From a virus, in the IMG/VR virus record IMGVR_UViG_3300042553_000326, positions 1 to 64,000 of that record: 64,000 nt of DNA; one strand, written 5' to 3'. The position numbers and the translations under genes are program-made. The number at the start of each line of letters is the position of its first letter. Position 1 is the stretch's first letter. The notes below the pieces were generated by a model. That model was not told the origin of the DNA and ran no database searches. It saw only the letters and a program-made list of their open reading frames with translations. Below are positions 17,176 to 29,400 of this stretch, piece by piece.

Positions 17176-20100
17176 TTAGTCGCCAACTGCAATCCAGTTT
17201 AAAGTACCGGAAGCTAGGATGGTTGCAGATGTCAAATCATAGGTGTAACTTGTAACCTCGTATGTATTTGAAGGTGTAGTACTGTTTGCTTGGACCGTAC
17301 GTCTGTAAGCTGTTATTGTACCTGTCCTCTCACCTGATATCGTAAAGTCTTCATATGTAGTCCACTGAGCGTAGATGTTAGTCTTAAGCTTAGGGTTTAC
17401 GTCAGCTTCTACCGTCAGATTACTCCCAGAGATTGTACGATTATACGTGACAGAGCCTGTCACAGTATAGTCATTACCTGTGGTGTACGGAAATTGAATA
17501 TTAGCATAACCGTCTTCAGTTGAGCCATTGTAATACCATGTTACTGTTGAATATATTGGCTGCTGACCAGCGCCGACGGCGTCTCTGTGAATAGTAGCAT
17601 TGAACGTGTAGCTGAGGTTTATCTGATATATCTCACCTGAGCCGGATGGTGTAGGTAATGAGCCGAATGTGTCAGAGTTCACTGGCCCAGGTCTCGTAAC
17701 AGGGTGTAATGCTTCAAACGCTGTATCTGAGAAAGTAGTAGACGAGTCAGTATAGGTATAAGCAACTGAACCAAATATGGAGCCGTCAGTGTCCTCAGCT
17801 TCGAAGTAGATACGCCATTGCCATGCAGCTGAACTAGGAAATGTAAATAGTTTGCTATCTACAATCATACTGCTCGTTTGCTCGCCTATGTTCACTGTAC
17901 GGAAGGCGTCAGATGTCACCCATGCACCGCCACTGTAATACTCAACCCTCCACTTGTATCGTCTGTAATAATGCTGCGATAATCCATTTCCTTTGACGCT
18001 CAGCGCACGTACATTCACAGTAATACTGCTGCAATTTGTAGGTGTTGTAACTGTATTAGAGGTCCAGTTATTCGTCGAAATAGCACCAGAGCTATTATTT
18101 ACAGCCACACTAGCATTGTACGCTGATAGTACAAGATCGGCCTTAGCTAGGAATTGCCAACGTTTTGAATTAGGCGCTGTCTCCACAAGGCTGGTGGCGC
18201 TACATATTACAGATTGATCCTGCGCGGAGTAGGCTGTTTTATATAACCCTAGAGATGCTGGTGACACGAGCACTTTAGGCTGTGTCTTCCAATAACCTGG
18301 AATTACCACAGTGTCTCCGCTATTAGCAGAACCAGTCTCTAATCTAGATAATGCAGTATATACTATATCACCAACCCCATCTATGTATCGATGTAGTTCC
18401 ACTGATCCGGATGTTATCCTGGCGTAATCAGCGAGACGCGTAAAGTTTGCTCCAGCGTATGATTCAATCCAGCCTTCTGCAGATAGCTTTAAATTGTCGC
18501 CAACCGCTATTTCGTTACCAGTCTGTAATGTACCGGTTGTTATTTTATCAGCTGTTAAGCTACCTATCATTGCATTGGTAATCGCACCGTTCTGAACAGC
18601 TAATGTACCCACAGCAATTGAATTAGCAGAGAGATGAGTAGCATTTACGGAGTTCTCAGCGAGGTTCGCTGCTTCAATTATTAACGGCCCTAAGTCCACA
18701 TTCCCTATTTTCCCAGTTGATGCATCTAAGCCGGCACCGCTCGGATAAGGGTTTATAGAGACAACACCATCTCGTGTCTTAAACTTAAACCATAATCTAA
18801 GATCTCTATCTAAAGAGCTACCATAAGTGCCACTGTTACCTTTAAAAGAACTTAATTCCACAGCGTCAGCAAATACAGGGTTCGGTGTGGGTATTGAAAC
18901 CTCTGCACCATATATAACGGTAGCATCGTGTCCGTGACCTTGCAAGTACGTCAATGTATCATTAACATCTAGGAACACGGTGGTCAATGCTGTAGAAAGA
19001 GTTATATCAGTAGGGTCAGGCGGTGGTGTAATATCTCGTGTAGCACCTACATTAATCGCGCCTACATCTACCCTGACATCATAATTAATGGAATCATATA
19101 AGCATCTTACGATGAAATGACCTAGATTACCTGTCAATGAGGATACTGAAAAGCTACCCCTAGCAGCTGTCGCTGTATTGTCAACCGATGCAGTACAATT
19201 GGTATTGCTGAGTATTGAGTATGCGACTGCCACATTTGTAGAATAGTCTACAGAGCCATCTAATAACTGTATTCTACCAAAGGCATTAGCGTATCCATAA
19301 TTTGTGCCATCAGTGGCTTGTAGCACCGGTAACGCACCTGGCATTGCTGAAGCTCTGACTACTGCTTCCGTAATAGGTGTCGGGGTCTCCCAAACTAAAT
19401 CACTGTCAACTCCAATACCTGATACAGCTACAGCGACACACTCGCTTCTGTATAATGCATCTACACCTGCTGGTATTGTAGCGCTCCAGCCAGATGGTAC
19501 ACTAGAAAAAGATCTCGCAGCTACATCGAAGCTGCCACCAGTAGGCGTAGCCGGTAAAGTAGCACTACGCTTGTACACAAAGATAGTAACATAGACGTTA
19601 GTATCGAACAACCTATTAGTAAGATCCGTCGATATCAGCGGCCATTCCGTCTGTGAAGCTCTCGCGTCTGCTGATCTAGGAACCACTGTTATCGTCTGCT
19701 CACCTACTAAATCTGTGGGCAACTGGAAGGAAGTTCCACCTGATGTACCTACTGTCTGCCACTCTGTGTATATCGTTATGTCGTCCACAGGCGTAGTGGT
19801 AGCTAATATCTCAAAACTGTTTACACGACCATCGCTTTCAGCCGTCCAAGTAATTAACCCAGGTGATGTCGAAGTATATGTACTATTTGGCACATACGCC
19901 AGATTAGATACTTGAGCAAGAGCCTCTCTAAATAGATGTCTAGTTGCTACTACTTCATCGTCCTTAGCATTCCAAGCTAAAGCAGCTGCATCGAATTTTA
20001 CACCGGATATTTGTATTGATCTATCGTTAGGATTGACTTCAGTTACCTTGATTATTTCACCTGGAATATTCAATACATCAGATGTGACTTTAGTTATATC

Positions 20101-21675
20101 GCCAGGCTCTAGCTTGAAATAATTCTTATTCAGTGGTAGCGTATATGTAGTTGATACTCTACTTAGTCTTACAATCTGTTCAGCATGTGCTAATGCTAAC
20201 TTGTACGAATCAACATGAGACGCAAACACTTCAGTTTCCAGTGCCTGATTACTATCCTCTACAAGATACTGTATGTAAGCAGCGCTGTCACGCTCAGGCC
20301 ATGAAACGGTGTCTTCTGTATAGTCTTTTGCAGTATTCAGGTAACGGACAGTACAGTAATTAAATCGTGACTGTGCATTAGGCCACACTATACTGTTTTC
20401 ATCACCTCGAATTATATCGTCATCAGTGAGATAAACATCAATAGCGTCCACCCAGTCGGTCTGTGCTGGCGTATCAGGTGAGACACTGGTTGAATTAACT
20501 GCTCTAGATAATGTCAAACCTTGTTGTACAACTGCGCCAACAGGGTAAGTTACACCTGTCTCATAAACGTAAGGATACTGCACGCGTAACTTATATTTAC
20601 CGCCTGACCACACGAATTCACAATTAGGCATTGACTCTAAGAGTATCTCTACGTTCTCACGTATTGTCTTCCTAGAATCTAATGCTATATTACACTCATA
20701 CTTGTGGAGTTGTCTGGTACCACCCTTAGCTCTCCAGATAGAACCCTCTAATGAAGACGTATCAACAACCTGTTCGCATAGAATATAAGCTTCATAGAAT
20801 GAATCGAGATCTAGTTTGTCTACAGACAGTCCACGTCCATATAGAGAATTAGTGAGATAATCAATTAGACACAAGGCTGGATTATTAGAATAAGTTTTAC
20901 CAGCTGATAGCGTTCTAGAACCCGCCGTACCCTCGATGGTTTTAACCTTCATACCCTCTACATAGAACTGAGCAGTAGGAGGACCACCAAATTGAGGATC
21001 GTCTCTGTTAATACGATATGCACAGGTAGCATAGGCTACGTTGGTGAATTCTGCAGTTTCTCTTGTTGAGTCATTTGCAGTCATCCAGGGATCAGCCATA
21101 CTACCATCTTTATACACTGCTACCTTAGCACCATGTGTATATGGATCTACCTTAGTGACGCCAGAGGGTACCGCATTAGGATCTATGTTATATTGAACTT
21201 CATTGAACTCATTGACATACTCACCATTGATCTTCTTTGAATCGATGTCAACAGCGTATACAGCATTGATACCACCGAAACATAATGATTGTTGCGTCAA
21301 TAAAAATTCATGCTTTGAGCCAGATATATTAGAGTCTAAAGAAGTGCTAGCTTTGAATATAGTTGCGGATTCGTCTGGTGCATTGGCATAATAGTTGTTA
21401 AGTGTGACATGATGCACCCTGTTTCCACCTACCAGTTGTCTACCATAGATTACACTCAGTGAGATTGCCTCACTATCTGCAACAATCTTGATACCCTTTG
21501 CAGCATCAGCTCTTGCCTCCGCCTCTTCTTGCATCTTTCTTTGCTTCTCACGTTGCTGTTCAGCTTGCTTCTGCTGAAATACAGCTGATAGCACAAATGA
21601 GATTACCGCCATAGCAATCTTAACTACAATAGAAGTACTAAGCGCTGCTATTATCGATGTTACAATACCAACCAT
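17176..21675 (-). CDS. Central tail tip / host-specificity protein (lambda J-like, 1499 aa)
   Basis: VIYGRQLVGG, SNNPALCLIDYL...YGRGL, LEPGD.. V motifs, FN3-like segments; follows the Dit/hub genes. Confidence 0.85.
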   Translation of the reverse strand: MVGIVTSIIAALSTSIVVKIAMAVISFVLSAVFQQKQAEQQREKQRKMQEEAEARADAAKGIKIVADSEAISLSVIYGRQLVGGNRVHHVTLNNYYANAPDESATIFKASTSLDSNISGSKHEFLLTQQSLCFGGINAVYAVDIDSKKINGEYVNEFNEVQYNIDPNAVPSGVTKVDPYTHGAKVAVYKDGSMADPWMTANDSTRETAEFTNVAYATCAYRINRDDPQFGGPPTAQFYVEGMKVKTIEGTAGSRTLSAGKTYSNNPALCLIDYLTNSLYGRGLSVDKLDLDSFYEAYILCEQVVDTSSLEGSIWRAKGGTRQLHKYECNIALDSRKTIRENVEILLESMPNCEFVWSGGKYKLRVQYPYVYETGVTYPVGAVVQQGLTLSRAVNSTSVSPDTPAQTDWVDAIDVYLTDDDIIRGDENSIVWPNAQSRFNYCTVRYLNTAKDYTEDTVSWPERDSAAYIQYLVEDSNQALETEVFASHVDSYKLALAHAEQIVRLSRVSTTYTLPLNKNYFKLEPGDITKVTSDVLNIPGEIIKVTEVNPNDRSIQISGVKFDAAALAWNAKDDEVVATRHLFREALAQVSNLAYVPNSTYTSTSPGLITWTAESDGRVNSFEILATTTPVDDITIYTEWQTVGTSGGTSFQLPTDLVGEQTITVVPRSADARASQTEWPLISTDLTNRLFDTNVYVTIFVYKRSATLPATPTGGSFDVAARSFSSVPSGWSATIPAGVDALYRSECVAVAVSGIGVDSDLVWETPTPITEAVVRASAMPGALPVLQATDGTNYGYANAFGRIQLLDGSVDYSTNVAVAYSILSNTNCTASVDNTATAARGSFSVSSLTGNLGHFIVRCLYDSINYDVRVDVGAINVGATRDITPPPDPTDITLSTALTTVFLDVNDTLTYLQGHGHDATVIYGAEVSIPTPNPVFADAVELSSFKGNSGTYGSSLDRDLRLWFKFKTRDGVVSINPYPSGAGLDASTGKIGNVDLGPLIIEAANLAENSVNATHLSANSIAVGTLAVQNGAITNAMIGSLTADKITTGTLQTGNEIAVGDNLKLSAEGWIESYAGANFTRLADYARITSGSVELHRYIDGVGDIVYTALSRLETGSANSGDTVVIPGYWKTQPKVLVSPASLGLYKTAYSAQDQSVICSATSLVETAPNSKRWQFLAKADLVLSAYNASVAVNNSSGAISTNNWTSNTVTTPTNCSSITVNVRALSVKGNGLSQHYYRRYKWRVEYYSGGAWVTSDAFRTVNIGEQTSSMIVDSKLFTFPSSAAWQWRIYFEAEDTDGSIFGSVAYTYTDSSTTFSDTAFEALHPVTRPGPVNSDTFGSLPTPSGSGEIYQINLSYTFNATIHRDAVGAGQQPIYSTVTWYYNGSTEDGYANIQFPYTTGNDYTVTGSVTYNRTISGSNLTVEADVNPKLKTNIYAQWTTYEDFTISGERTGTITAYRRTVQANSTTPSNTYEVTSYTYDLTSATILASGTLNWIAVGD

Positions 21676-22181
21676 TATAAACTCCTTTCTAAGAGCTTAA
21701 CATCTTCGTCGAGAAAGGATAGGTAGTCCGCATATCTATCGAACTTTAGGAAATCAAGTATTTCATCTCTCGGTAATTCATTCGGTACTCCAAATGCGCA
21801 CACCCAATGTGTATCTTTATGTGCATATCCCGCACGTTTCATACCACGACGAACTTCGGTAATATGCGGTCCGAATACATCATGGACTCCATCTTCTGGT
21901 GTCCATATAGTCATATGACCACTTATCATGATACTGACGTGATCGTGTCGGTGAGTAATGCCAGTGGCTATCGTACCTGCCTTAAAAAATATCTCCCTGA
22001 CATACACATTATTGCCGTAATAGTGAGACGGCTGAAGATCATTCTTAGGCATGCTTGCTTCGAGTCTCTCTATCTTCAACATAGAGTCTTCTATATTATC
22101 AGTGAGCTTCAACTGTCTGAATTCGTTCAAAGGTTTGAGGCTATTGAATGTTAGTTGCGTTTCTAACTTAGCGGGTAACAT
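21675..22181 (-). CDS. Cupin-fold protein of the tail module
   Basis: HYY..NVYVREI...GT...G..H.HDH.SI.ISG, G.KRAGYAH.DT.W pattern. Confidence 0.65.
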   Translation of the reverse strand: MLPAKLETQLTFNSLKPLNEFRQLKLTDNIEDSMLKIERLEASMPKNDLQPSHYYGNNVYVREIFFKAGTIATGITHRHDHVSIMISGHMTIWTPEDGVHDVFGPHITEVRRGMKRAGYAHKDTHWVCAFGVPNELPRDEILDFLKFDRYADYLSFLDEDVKLLERSL

Positions 22182-22786
22182 TATGCCTTACCCCATAGAT
22201 AAGCCGTCTTCGATGATGTGAGTCCTACCTGATCGAAAGCACTGTCGTCAGGGTTAATCTTACGTAATGCATCCTTTGTGGTCATAAACAGTTTAGTGAG
22301 ATTTAATGCTGCCATAGGACTTGAGCACTCTAGCGTAGCTACTGCAGTACCTTCTTCAGGTTCTACAGCATACCCAGTTGTATCAATAACACCTGAGTAA
22401 GCGATTATCAGGTCAGCTACATCAGTTAGATATTGTCCAGGTGCTGCACCACCTAACGTACCATTAGTGGTATTAAGGAAACACACATAGATATTCACTT
22501 CAGAACCTACTACACCGTCTTCAAATAACTGACGCTTACTGAAACTAGGATCCACATATAGTATTTTATAAGTTTCTCTATCGACAGCTTGTGATAACTT
22601 CGGTGCCTCGACCATACTCAAGCCATTGCCTGTTTGAAACGTCACACCAAGCCCAGATACCGTTATAGGGATTGCAGCTGTAGTATCTAGCAGAGTTTCA
22701 GTAGGTGCAATAACATGCACTAGGTAAGCGAATGACACATTATCTAACGCGAGCAGTGTAGTGGCATTAGCACTTATCGATCTCAT
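22181..22786 (-). CDS. Tail tip/hub protein (lambda L-like)
   Basis: Position after Dit; YSG.ID, LECSSP, D..FDQV...WG pattern. Confidence 0.65.
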   Translation of the reverse strand: MRSISANATTLLALDNVSFAYLVHVIAPTETLLDTTAAIPITVSGLGVTFQTGNGLSMVEAPKLSQAVDRETYKILYVDPSFSKRQLFEDGVVGSEVNIYVCFLNTTNGTLGGAAPGQYLTDVADLIIAYSGVIDTTGYAVEPEEGTAVATLECSSPMAALNLTKLFMTTKDALRKINPDDSAFDQVGLTSSKTAYLWGKA

Positions 22787-23391
22787 AGTGCCTCCACAAG
22801 TTTCACTGAACCATTATCGCTAAGAATACCATCTGTGAATTTTATACCTAATGCAACATCTTTTTCGTACAAGGCTGTTAAGGTAACGTTTCCACCTGTT
22901 TTTATTGCGACACCGTTGGTTAATGCTGATACTAATGGAGGTGCTATTCCAACGTTAGCACTAGCAGCGCCTGCATCGGTAACCATATATACTTTGGAGT
23001 GATTAGCGAATTTAATGAATTCTCCAGGAACCATTGCGGATGCGCCAGTGATATTCAGTGTACTAGCACCAATAGATGCTGTACCGTTTACAACGATTCC
23101 GTCAGCAGATGTAGTCAGATTAGGAACCTGCGGCATACGAACGTATATTGGAGTATAAGCCCCATTTTTAACACTATGCACTAGAAATCCTGTAGTCCCG
23201 TTTTCAGGGTGCACATTTGCTTCGATCTCCCACCTTTGCACATTCTGCGAACCAGTGACTCTACGTAGGCTCAGCATATCTTGCACATAAGCAGGTTGGT
23301 TACTTGTAATAGACAATGGTGCAACGAATACTGTTTGTAACTCGGAATCCTGTCCGGTATTTGTACTTGTTTTTAGTATCCCATATTTCAT
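22783..23391 (-). CDS. Distal tail (Dit-like) protein
   Basis: Immediately after the tape measure; QRWEI, GEFIKFANHSKVYMV..D, I.PPL, terminal KLVEAL. Confidence 0.75.
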   Translation of the reverse strand: MKYGILKTSTNTGQDSELQTVFVAPLSITSNQPAYVQDMLSLRRVTGSQNVQRWEIEANVHPENGTTGFLVHSVKNGAYTPIYVRMPQVPNLTTSADGIVVNGTASIGASTLNITGASAMVPGEFIKFANHSKVYMVTDAGAASANVGIAPPLVSALTNGVAIKTGGNVTLTALYEKDVALGIKFTDGILSDNGSVKLVEAL

Positions 23392-23404
23392 ATAGTGTCC
23401 TTAA

Positions 23405-23432
23405 GAAAGGACAAGGGGATCGCTCCCCTTGT
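23405..23432 (-). terminator. Hairpin after tape measure gene
   Basis: ACAAGGGGA-GCGA-TCCCCTTGT perfect 9-bp stem. Confidence 0.6.
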
Positions 23433-23437
23433 TTACC

Positions 23438-26400
23438 TTATCTACGGCCCTTCTCAGCGTTGTGCATGTTGACACCTGTCGCTATTTGAGGGATCATCTT
23501 TTGTATCTCAGAGCGTGTCTGACGAGATACATCGCCAGTGATATTAATATTGAACACCTGTTGAGACTTCTGTTCATCCATCCTCTTACTTGAATCAATA
23601 GATGCCATTGCGGGCGTTACAGCTAATGCACCTGCAACTAAGCCACCCTCTGCGAAACGTCTGAAAGAACCGTTGTTAATAGACTCAAGTAGTGGTAAGA
23701 ACTTCTTTGTAGAATTAGCATTTATTACATACTCTCCGTTAGAAAGCATGGTTGCTATACTATCAGAGGTTCCGGTACCAGCACCACTTACTCTACCGCC
23801 GCTAGCCATCCCGTATCCAAAGTCCCATTGCCATTCTGGAATCTCTATGATCATATCTGGAGGAGCTATAGGCGTCGATACTGCAGCACCTGCCGCCGTA
23901 CCACCAGCTGTATCTCCTGTAAACCATTCTTTGGCACCAGATATCAGACCACCGATTCCACCTAACAGGCCTCCACCTCCTGGAGCTGTAGATCCACCTG
24001 TAAATATGCCTTTAATGATATCCCAGGCTGATGTGAGGATGCTCTTGAGATCACCCCAAGCAGACTTCAAAATACCACCGAGATCTCGCCAAGCACTAGA
24101 TAAAGAGGAAAAGAAGAAGTTATTATTATCATTTAGTACACCAGCATTTGTATTAGCAGCTGCATCTAATACTTTAGCTTGTGCATCTAAATTTACAGCA
24201 GACATCTGCTCGGATACTTTATTTTCTGCTGAGAATAACTTAGATCTGATTGTGTTACCAGAATCTACTACTTCTTTCAAAGCGATAGGTGTAGATTGTA
24301 ACGATTCAGTAAGCGAACCAGCGGAGTCAGGTAGTACAGCTCCTAGATTCTTTAGGTTCTTCTGTAGTAGGTCAGTAGCTTCACTTCCATCTGTAGTAGA
24401 ATTCTTCCCACCTAATATGAATTCGTTGAAGTTATCTTTAATACCTTTGAAGTACCCGCCAATACCTTCATAACCAGGCCCCTGCTTGGATTCAAAGATT
24501 CTACCAATATTAGTAAAGCTTTGAGCTTGATTGGCCATATATCTAGCGATGAATCCTTCAATAGTACCTTTCATGAAGGCTTTAACGAAACTATCAACAG
24601 ATACCTCAATAATTCTATTAGTGAAATTATTGAACATACCCCTAATCAGCGATTCCGGACCATCGAACCAGTTCTTGTTACCCTTGAATACTTCTGACAT
24701 ACTTTGTGAAAGTTGTGAAGTGAATTCAGACGCAAGTGATATACCGAGGTTTCTAGCTTCAGGCTTAATGAAGACGCCCCATTTAATGTTAGCCAATGAC
24801 TCGCCTACTGCCTTAGCTATCTGTGGGCCTACAGTCTTCTCTGCTGATTTCTGCTTTCGCATATTCAAAGAGATGATCCGCTTATCACCACCACCTGGCT
24901 TAGCCTCTTCAGCATCAATAGCGTTCCTAGCCTCTTCGAACCTATTAAGGTGATACTCAATAGATTGTTCAGTCCACTCATCAAGACCATCAGCTACTTC
25001 TTTTGTAAAGCCATTCAGCATCTCTCTGAATTCGCTATCGCCTCTACCAGCGAATGTCTGTATAACAGCCTCAGAGAAATTCATGCTGTCAAGCTTCTTA
25101 GAGAATCCGCCCTTTGTCTCATTAGGTACTAACGCGTCCTTTGGAGATGCATTGGCATTAAGGATATCATCAATCCTAGGACCACCTTTTCTGAGAAACT
25201 CCGTAGCTCCAAAGATACCACCAAACGGTTGAAGCGCCTTTGCAGCTTCATCACGTACTTTACCTAATATCTCACGTCTAGCTTCCGAAGTCTCTGCGGC
25301 ATAACCTGCCTCTGCAGTTCTATATGCAACAACCTTATCTCTTATCTTGGTGTATTTATCTAGAGTATCTACAAGTTCGCTTCGCTCGGCATCCCCAAGT
25401 GCAGCTATCTTTTCTATAGATGTGGTAAAGCCTGTGGACTCCAATGCATCTTGTATAACGCCATTCGCTTTATCTAATTCCATATTACCCATGGCATCAC
25501 GAATAGCATTACTAGATTCATCAGCCGTCTTACCGAAAGCTGAACGTATAGCATTGAGAATGCGGTCTCTGATACCACCCAGACCCATAGAGTCAATTAC
25601 CTTATTGAAAGCTGCTAATGCTCTGTCTGTAAGACTTCCTCCACTGGAAGGAACCATCCCTTCTATTTCCTTCGGACCTAATCGTCTGCCAATAAACTTC
25701 TCTACGTAGGCTGGATCTTCAGCATAGCCGCCTTTCTGCAAACCAGTAGCAAACTTGACCATATCAGCTTCGGCGTTTAGAGACTCTTTATAGCGTCTCT
25801 GAATCAAACCTGAGTACTCTTCCTCAAATTCGATTATATCCTTGAAGACTCTGAAATTCTGCTTTATAGGATTGCCCTTAGCATCTTTATCACTACGCGT
25901 CACGAACGGTTGATTACCTACTGCAATCATATTGCCAAGATTATTGCCTACAATCTTTGCACCATAACCAGTCTCAAGACCCCAATGTCGAAGAATCACA
26001 TCTGGACTTACACCCAGTGTATTACCGACACGTTCGGCAGATGTACGATATGTACGTTCGAATAGCGCCTTTCCACCTTCACTAAAGCCCGGTAGCCCTG
26101 CACCACTATTGATTGCCTCAAGCAGACCCTGGTATTTGGCAGTGGACTTCGCATTGACAACAAACTCACCATTAGACAACCTAGCGAGAATACTATCTGA
26201 TGTACCAGTTCCAGCGCCTCTAATAGATCCACCAGCAGCATAACCTTCAGGATCTTTACCCTCATTACCCCTTAGCATCCATTCAAAGAAGTCAAATGGT
26301 GTCTTAAATTTAGTTTGCCTAAACTTAGGAGCTTTGTATCTAGGATTGTCCTCGAAATGCTGAGGCTTACCGTATATCGATGGATCAGGATTGTATTGAG

Positions 26401-29400
26401 CGGGTACAAGATCTCTATACTTAGTGCCCAGCATCAGTGCACCAGCAGCATGCCTTAGTGTCTGTGACATCGGACCTTTATCAGCCATCAGTCTTACCAT
26501 CTCATCAGACATAGCGATGCTCATTATACTGAATGGGTTCTTAGATCCATTGAATGTAGCATCATCTGCGAAATCCCAGGCATCATCCAGAAACTTAGAT
26601 TCACCGGCTGTCTCTTGTGTCAGATTCGATATATAAGCACGCATTGCTAGTGCCATGAATGACTTGCCATCACTGCTTATAGGGAATGGAGCGTTTGCGA
26701 TAGTATGCATATACGCAAGGTATTCTTCATCTATTCTGGCACCACCTATTCTGGAGGATGCGTCAGCGATATAGTTACTCATGCCCAACGCTTTACGATT
26801 ACTCAGTAGTTCATGATGCCCAAATTCGTGGCGACCAATAATATACTTCAATTCATTTTCTAATTGACTACCCTTATTTCCGAACTTAGGATAGGCAATC
26901 ATCTTGTCGCCGAAGCTGTAGCCTCCTTCGAAAGCATCTCCTGATAGTAGTCTCTTCAGGCCAGCGCCTTTGACATCAGAATTTAGTCCACCGTAAAGAC
27001 TATCAAAGTCTATAAAACCGCCTGTCTGAAAGCCTCTAAGCATTCTGTCGCGAGCATCCAGTGTACCAAAGATATGTAACTTTTCGAAGTAATTAAATAA
27101 ATCAGCGTTAGCGGCGTTATCTACAGCAAGATTTTTCCTAACGTGATTACTAGAACTAGCTATTAATCTACCATCAGAATCTCTGACACTACCATTGCCG
27201 TTAGTACGACCAGATAGGATTGTATCGGCTATACTGCTCTTTCTGCTCTCTCGCATCTTTAGCAACGTATGGAATAGATAAGTATTAGCTTTGAACGTAT
27301 GTAAGGAATCTAAAGTGTTTCGACCGTCGTCAATATAACTAAGAGCACTACTAAAACTATCCAACTCGTGTATATCACCAAATGCCCCAAGTGACTTTCT
27401 TATCAGATTAGATACACCTAATTTCCCAGCAATATCTTGCGCAAATGGTAAATCAAAATCTCTTCTATAACGGCGTTGTGGAGGACCAAGTGGATTTACT
27501 CCAATCAGACTCATAGCTTCCTCTACAAGAAGCTGTGCACCATATGGATCAGCATCAGAAACCGATGCCTTACTCCAAAGATTCCTTATACTAGGTATCA
27601 TAGATGGTAGTATCAAATCTCCGTACTTCTTGATGGAGGCTTGAACTAACGGTTCTACAAACTCAGGCTTAACACCTCTCTCTAGGACAGAACCTACCTT
27701 ACCCTCTAATAGATTGACACCATAGTCAAGACGATTCTCTGTAAGAGCGTTGGTGAATAATGCCTTTGCATCTTCCGCAGAAATGGCAACTCCGTTCTGT
27801 CTAGCAGCTGAAATGGCCATTGCTAATGCACGAGGGTCGAATGAAGTAGTTTCAGGTGCATATTTCTGCTTACCATTCGGCAGTTTAGCAGCCATTCTAT
27901 CGTTCTGATAGAAGCTGTTATACCCGCCCTTGGCAAACCCAGGTAATCCACCGTTGTTGATAGTTTCCAGCAAACCTCTATGTCTCGCCGTAGCTGCTGC
28001 ATTGACAACGAACTCACCATTAGACAATCTAGCTAAGATACTATCAGAAGTACCTGTTCCAGGGCCACGTATCGGGCCACCGGCAGCGTTCGCTGGAATC
28101 TGATTTACCTTGGCGGATTCAGTCTGTTGTGGCAGGTCTGTACCAGAAGCATAGCGTAATGCTTTGTATATCAGGTATCCAATACCAGCAGCCACAGCAA
28201 GTTTCGCAGCTATAACGGCAGCAGCAATAACAGCTGGAGAGGAGAATACAGCAGCAACAGCACCTAGAGCGATACCTAAGGTTGTTATGAGATTTCTAAC
28301 TATTGGTGACGTTATACCAAATGCTTGTCTAAGTTCTTTGGCAAGTTCTAAAAATAAGCCATTAAGCAGTGGGCCTATATTTTGAAATATCATCCTAAGC
28401 GATACACCCATAGATGACAAGGATGACAACGTTGTAGTCCCAAGCTGTGTAGCTAGAAGCTTAACAGCCACCCAGGTTCCAATCAACCCACCGCCAACAA
28501 AAGAGCCGAGATCACCTACTGTGCTATCTGTGCCAGGAATTTTGGTATCAGTTTTGAGAGTGTCTCTGACGAAACTACGAGGACCATTTGTCAGAGCGTC
28601 TATATGCTCCTTGATCTTCTTACTTACATTCTCCCAGAGTTCGCCCATCTTATTTACAAACGGGTCTAGCGCATTCTCTTTCACGAATGTAAAGGCTGTT
28701 TTTACAGCCCCTACCAGCGTATCCCAATTGGTCAGAGCAAGTACTAATGCCGCGACACCAACTATAAACAAAGTGATAGGCGCTGTCAGAATTGGCAATA
28801 GGAATGCAACAGCTTTACCTACACCGGCTAGAATTGCACTGGAGAATAACGCTGTAAGCTGAATAGCTGCTACGCCTATGAAAGCGCCTATCGCCTGCCC
28901 AGTTAACGCGGATGCGATAATAGTTCCATATTTTGCCCATTCAGATGATTCACCCATACCTTTGACAATTTCGACACCTATTTGGTAGCCAGCGAATGTA
29001 CCCGCCGTGCCACCGATGCCACCACCTAAAGTCATCAGTCCGGCCTTCGCATTCTTAGAAGCTTCTGCCAATGTTTTATTCAAGTCCTTCAGCTGTGTAT
29101 TAACTGCCTGTCTGTTAGCAGTGGCTGCAGCTAGATCAGCTGGATTACTTTGTCTAGCATTAGCTATTCTTAAGTCAGCATTAGCTAATCTGTTTTGTAA
29201 CACTTGTTGCGTAATCTTGTCTGTGCCGATTTGCGCAAGTCTAGTAGGGCCAGTCGCTATCGTCTTCAATGCGCCTAGCGCTATCTCACGCCCTTTCTCA
29301 AATAGCAGTGCTAACTTGGCAATAACAGTAAGTGTACCAATTAACCCAGCACTACCTGTTATTCCTTTCCCAAGGAAACCCTTTACGATCATATCTACGA

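Noticed and set aside
16897-17202. ORFs 16897-17169 (-) and 16993-17202 (+) in the GC-rich island
   Set aside because: No RBS, atypical composition, overlap conserved non-coding elements; treated as non-coding
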